A stretch of 38,835 nucleotides of DNA from positions 1 to 38,835 of IMG/VR virus record IMGVR_UViG_3300022697_000367; one strand, 5' to 3'. This DNA is from a virus. Taxonomy: Duplodnaviria > Caudoviricetes. Under the pieces are notes generated by a model. The model was not told where the DNA came from. It saw nothing but the letters and a program-made list of their open reading frames with translations, and did not search any database. Below, piece after piece: positions 35,119-38,835 of the stretch. The translations under genes and the position numbers were made by a program. Within the stretch, counting starts at the first letter, position 1, and every line of letters begins with the position of its first letter.

Positions 35119-37353
35119 ATGACTGTTTTTATCCAGGAAATAACAGTTGCAAATAATGCCGCAGAAGAGAGTGGCGCCTCTGGAAATGTAGGTCTATCCA
35201 GTAGTGACCTGGAATTTGCGTATGAGGCGAGTACTGTAAAAACGGTCGGGCTACGGTTTACGATGGTGACGATTCCTCAGGGCGCAACTATCAACTCTGC
35301 CTTTATCCAATTCGAGGCAGACGAAAATCAGAGCGGGACAACGGTTAATATTAGATTTTTCTGTGAAGATATCGACGACGCGCCTATTTTTACGACCACG
35401 AATTCCGATATAACCGCCCGTACAAAGACGACAGCTTTTGTCGATTGGTCGAATATAGCCGCGTGGACTTTGGGTGATAGAACTGCCGTTCAAAAAACCC
35501 CCGATCTGAAAACAATTATTCAAGAAATTGTTGATCGAGCATTATGGGTGAGCGGCAATGACTTGGTTATTATTGTACCAGATAATGGTTCTACTGCTAG
35601 CACTCGAAGGACAGCGGAACCGGACTCGGCTAGCGGCAATGGCAGTCCGCCCGAAATAACCATTGATTATACGGTAGGCGGCGGAGGCATAATGGTCGCA
35701 CCGGCTACGGCATTTTCAGTTGCTGGTAAAGTTGACCCATCGGCTATTCTTGGAGGTTTTTCGATAACGCCTGTAATCAGTAGCGTTGTCAGTTCGAGGG
35801 TGGATCCTTCGGTTATTCTTAGTGGTCTAAATTTTACTCCAAATCCCTCTTCGGTGATTGCCGGGAAATTGGACCCTGCAGTTCATTTGGGTTCTATAAA
35901 TCTCACCCCGTTATTCGCTAGCGGTATTTCAGAAAAAGTCGACCCTTCTAGTATTCTTGGAGCCCTTTCGATTGCCCCTTCTTTTGCCAGCTTAATCGCT
36001 GAAAAAGGCGATCCCTCCATCGTTTTGGGAGGTTTGACACTTTCTCCAAATTTTGGGGAAATGATTGCTGGTCGCGTGGATCCGAATGTTATTGGCGGTG
36101 ATGGCATTATAGTCTCTCCAGTTCCAGGTTTAGCTGTTTTGAGTAAGCTGGATCCGAATATAATTTTTGGGCCGATTTCTATTATCCCGATCAATGGATT
36201 TGCAACCGTGGCCAAGGGTGAGCCTTCCGTGATTCAGGGAGCAATTTCTATTGCCCTTTCTTTTGGCAGTGCATTAACTGAAAAAATCGACCCTTCAATC
36301 TTATTAGGAGGTTTGACACTTTCTCCAAATTTTGGGGAAATGATCGCGGGTCGCGTGGACCCTTCCATTATTCTTAGTGGTCTAAATTTTATTCCAAACC
36401 CCGCTTCAGTGATTGCAGGGAAATTGAATCCGGAAATTCAATTAGATTCCATAAATCTCACCCCGTTATTCGCAAACTCCATTTCGGGAAAAGTCGATCC
36501 ATCAATTATTCTTGGAGGTTTTTCGTTCATACCCGGAGTTGGTAGCGTTGTCGTGGGAAAAGGCGATCCCTCTATCGTTTTTGGAGGTTTGACACTTTCT
36601 CTAAATTTTGGAGAAATGATTGCTGGTCGCGTGGATCCGAATGTTATTGGCGGTGGTAGTTTGACAGTCACTCCCGTGGGAGGATCAGTTATTTCTGGGA
36701 AGTTGGATCCGAATATAATTTTAGGGCCGATTTCTATTATCCCGATCAATGGATTTACAACCGTGGCGAAGGGTGATCCTTCAGTGATTCAGGGAGCGAT
36801 TTTGATTGCCCCTTCATTTGGCAGTTTATTCACTGGAAAAATCGATCCTTCAATCTTATTGGGAGGTTTGACGCTTTCTCCAAACATCAGGGAAGTTATC
36901 GCGGGTCGCGTGGACCCTTCCATCAATCTCAGTGGTCTAAATTTTGTTCCAAACCCCGCTTCAGTGATTGCCGGGAAATTGAATCCGGAAATTCAATTAG
37001 ATTCCATAAATCTCACCCCGTTATTCGCAAACTCCATTTCGGGAAAAGTCGATCCATCAATTATTTTTGGAGGAGTATCTATAGCTCCTGTTGTTGGTGG
37101 CGCTATTGTCGACGGCGTGGATCCTTACATAGTTCTGGATGGATTGAATATCATTCCTAATCCGGCCGTTGTTCTTGCCAGGAAATTGGACCCTGCCGTT
37201 TTTATTGGAATCATTGTTGACCAGGGAGAAGCCACGCTTGTTATTTCCGATACGCCGTTGGTCACAATAAAAATTACTGAAACACTTTCCACAAATTGCA
37301 CCCTTGCGGAATTTTTGGCGAATAGGATAAAGATCACCGAGGAGGTTCTTTGA
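35119..37353 (+). CDS. Fibre-like protein: N-terminal beta-sandwich plus ~21 tandem 23-aa repeats
   Basis: GLRF..V.IPQGATI.SA..QF, TPDL.TIIQEIVDR..W.SGN, P...IDY domain; xDPS...G.....P repeats. Confidence 0.85.
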   Translation: MTVFIQEITVANNAAEESGASGNVGLSSSDLEFAYEASTVKTVGLRFTMVTIPQGATINSAFIQFEADENQSGTTVNIRFFCEDIDDAPIFTTTNSDITARTKTTAFVDWSNIAAWTLGDRTAVQKTPDLKTIIQEIVDRALWVSGNDLVIIVPDNGSTASTRRTAEPDSASGNGSPPEITIDYTVGGGGIMVAPATAFSVAGKVDPSAILGGFSITPVISSVVSSRVDPSVILSGLNFTPNPSSVIAGKLDPAVHLGSINLTPLFASGISEKVDPSSILGALSIAPSFASLIAEKGDPSIVLGGLTLSPNFGEMIAGRVDPNVIGGDGIIVSPVPGLAVLSKLDPNIIFGPISIIPINGFATVAKGEPSVIQGAISIALSFGSALTEKIDPSILLGGLTLSPNFGEMIAGRVDPSIILSGLNFIPNPASVIAGKLNPEIQLDSINLTPLFANSISGKVDPSIILGGFSFIPGVGSVVVGKGDPSIVFGGLTLSLNFGEMIAGRVDPNVIGGGSLTVTPVGGSVISGKLDPNIILGPISIIPINGFTTVAKGDPSVIQGAILIAPSFGSLFTGKIDPSILLGGLTLSPNIREVIAGRVDPSINLSGLNFVPNPASVIAGKLNPEIQLDSINLTPLFANSISGKVDPSIIFGGVSIAPVVGGAIVDGVDPYIVLDGLNIIPNPAVVLARKLDPAVFIGIIVDQGEATLVISDTPLVTIKITETLSTNCTLAEFLANRIKITEEVL

Positions 37354-37649
37354 TGCCAGTGAATTTCTACGATAAAGGCGATGTGGTTGTGGTTTCGGCG
37401 GCGTTCACCGATAGGAATGGCACTCTCATTGATCCCGCAACGGTGACGTTTAAGATCAAGGATCCTTCCGGGACCACTACCGCGTATATTTTTGGTACCA
37501 ACGGGGAATTGGTAAAAGACTCCGTAGGTAATTATCACGTCGATGTTCCTGTGAGTCTTGAAGGTACTTGGCAATACCGGTATGAATCGACGGGGACGGG
37601 TCAGGCGGCCGAAGAGGGGCAGTTTAAAATCAAGCGAGGATTCTTTTAG
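37350..37649 (+). CDS. Small Ig-like structural protein
   Basis: F.D..G.L.DP.TV...IKDP.G, G.YH.D, G.W.YR..TG; start 37350 or 37353. Confidence 0.75.
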   Translation: MMPVNFYDKGDVVVVSAAFTDRNGTLIDPATVTFKIKDPSGTTTAYIFGTNGELVKDSVGNYHVDVPVSLEGTWQYRYESTGTGQAAEEGQFKIKRGFF

Positions 37650-37650
37650 A

Positions 37651-37727
37651 GAGTAGGCCGGGCGGCAGCAACCGCCCGAACCGACCTGTGTGACCAGGCC
37701 ACGAGATAAACCCGCTACTCAGCAACG
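37651..37727 (-). ncRNA. Candidate structured sRNA/leader upstream of com
   Basis: gagtag/ctactc outer stem enclosing two hairpins; minus-strand extended -10 just upstream; strand of function uncertain. Confidence 0.45.
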
Positions 37728-37733
37728 GGCGGC

Positions 37734-37742
37734 ATTATATCA
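37734..37742 (-). promoter_or_regulatory. Extended -10 antisense promoter
   Basis: Minus strand TGaTATAAT, exact TGnTATAAT consensus; no -35. Confidence 0.55.
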
Positions 37743-37749
37743 GGTGGTC

Positions 37750-37896
37750 ATGGAAAAAATCTACGAGGTGAGGTGTAATTTTTGTGGACGATTATTATTC
37801 AAAATTCGAGGGTTTTTAAAGGTCCTTTTGCGACGGTTTAAAGAGCATTGTATCGAGGTCAAATGCCAGCGTTGCAGGACTGAAAATCAAATCTAA
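37750..37896 (+). CDS. com: Com-family zinc-finger translational regulator
   Basis: EVRCNFCGRLL...IEVKCQRCRTEN; directly upstream of the DNA modification gene. Confidence 0.88.
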   Translation: MEKIYEVRCNFCGRLLFKIRGFLKVLLRRFKEHCIEVKCQRCRTENQI

Positions 37897-37904
37897 AACA
37901 CGAA

Positions 37905-37933
37905 TACCTCCGAGTATCGATCATTCGGAGGTA
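37905..37933 (+). promoter_or_regulatory. RBS-sequestering hairpin of the methyltransferase gene
   Basis: tacctccgagt/attcggaggta 11-bp stem (one G.U) containing GGAGG, ending 5 nt before ATG 37939. Confidence 0.8.
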
Positions 37934-37938
37934 CTTTT

Positions 37939-38709
37939 ATGCGTAGTTTTATTGGATGGGTTGGTGGAAAATCCCGCTTGGCCGGGGACATCGTTAAACT
38001 CTTTCCCGAACATAAAACCTATGTGGAGGTGTTCGGCGGCGCTGGATGGGTAATGTTTAAGAAAGATCGAGAAGCCAGCCAGGTTGAAGTTTACAACGAC
38101 CTGAACGGCGCCCTGGCCAACCTTTTCCGCGTGGTGAAGCACCGGCCATCGGAGTTGGTCGAGGCGTTGAATTTGGTCCTTTATTCTAGGGAAACGTATT
38201 ACAGGTTTTTGAAAGAGATCGATCACCCTGGTGAGGATGAAATCCAAACAGCGGCCAGGTTTATTTATTTAATCAGGAATTCATTTGGATCGCGCGTGGC
38301 AAATGGATGGGGATATGCTAAGACTCGAAAGCCACGTACCATTACGGACCTCGCGTTTTTAAATGAAATTCAGGAGCGATTGAAATCAGTTTTCATCGAC
38401 AACCGTTCTTTTGAAAAAGTGATCAGTGCCTTCGACTCCAGGGACACTCTCTTCTACCTGGATCCACCGTATTGGATAGTAGGGGATAAGTTATATCAAC
38501 ATTCGCTTTCCACGGCTGAACATGAGAAGTTAAGCAGAGTTTTGCAGGATATTAAAGGTAGGTTTGTCCTTAGTTATAATGACGTTGCTCACATCCGTGA
38601 TCTTTACCGTGGTTTCAGTATTAAAGTCACTAAGGAAATTCATTATTCCCTGAATAATCAAAGGGATACTGCACTGAAGAAATCAGAGATTTTAATCACG
38701 AATTATTAA
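37939..38709 (+). CDS. Dam-like (D12 class) DNA adenine methyltransferase
   Basis: W.GGKS, EVFGGAG, EVYND, FYLDPPY, LSYND, E.LI.NY. Confidence 0.95.
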   Translation: MRSFIGWVGGKSRLAGDIVKLFPEHKTYVEVFGGAGWVMFKKDREASQVEVYNDLNGALANLFRVVKHRPSELVEALNLVLYSRETYYRFLKEIDHPGEDEIQTAARFIYLIRNSFGSRVANGWGYAKTRKPRTITDLAFLNEIQERLKSVFIDNRSFEKVISAFDSRDTLFYLDPPYWIVGDKLYQHSLSTAEHEKLSRVLQDIKGRFVLSYNDVAHIRDLYRGFSIKVTKEIHYSLNNQRDTALKKSEILITNY

Positions 38710-38764
38710 TTATTTAGTGGATAGCAAAAATTGTGCCTAGCAATTTCTGTACCGCGTTTTTTCA

Positions 38765-38810
38765 TCCCAAACTAACTGCAACTTTTTCCCAAACTAAATG
38801 CGACGTTATA
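38765..38810. repeat. Right end (attR) with two tandem transposase-binding sites
   Basis: tcccaaactaactgcaac (38765-38782) and tcccaaactaaatgcgac (38787-38804), 22-bp period, followed by gttata. Confidence 0.88.
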
Positions 38811-38835
38811 GTCATTGAACCCGTTTAGATTGTTC

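Larger units (their letters stand above)
2..38810 (+). mobile_element. Mu-like transposable (pro)phage with siphovirus-type tail, apparently complete
   Basis: Terminal inverted repeats and repeated end sites; repressor-ner-A-B-gam-gemA-mor-lysis-terminase-portal-F-G-I-capsid-tail-com-MTase order matches Mu-like phages; no sheath gene seen. Confidence 0.96.

Noticed and set aside
35700-37200. DGR template/variable repeat pair
   Set aside because: Repeats are in-frame coding units, differences are not adenine-specific, and there is no reverse transcriptase
2474-38247. Numerous minus-strand and nested alternative ORFs in the track
   Set aside because: They are shadows of well-supported plus-strand genes, without RBS or recognisable motifs
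38811-38835. Target-site duplication or host gene
   Set aside because: Only 1 nt of left flank and 25 nt of right flank are visible

Overview
The window is essentially one complete ~38.8 kb Mu-like transposable temperate phage/prophage with a non-contractile (siphovirus-type) tail. Repeated ~18-bp transposase-binding sites and a 24-bp imperfect terminal inverted repeat mark both ends (2-25 and 38787-38810). Gene order from the left: membrane gene and S24/HTH repressor (minus strand); early operon (Ner-like, MuA DDE transposase, MuB ATPase, Gam, GemA, an Acb2-like anti-CBASS protein, three broken accessory genes, PadR-like protein, AAA_25 ATPase, Mor/C activator); lysis; Mu-type packaging and head genes; tail genes with a -1 frameshift chaperone; two fibre modules; and com plus a Dam-like methyltransferase where Mu has mom. 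The most interesting unexplained signal is at the genome centre. The MuF head protein ends in a PBECR2-like putative RNase domain with no immunity ORF after it. Instead it is followed by a highly structured ~120-nt tract with a near-consensus sigma70 promoter on the opposite strand, a candidate virion-borne RNase plus ncRNA module. A second antisense promoter plus structured tract lies upstream of com. All family assignments come from motif recognition and synteny; no database search or folding program was run.
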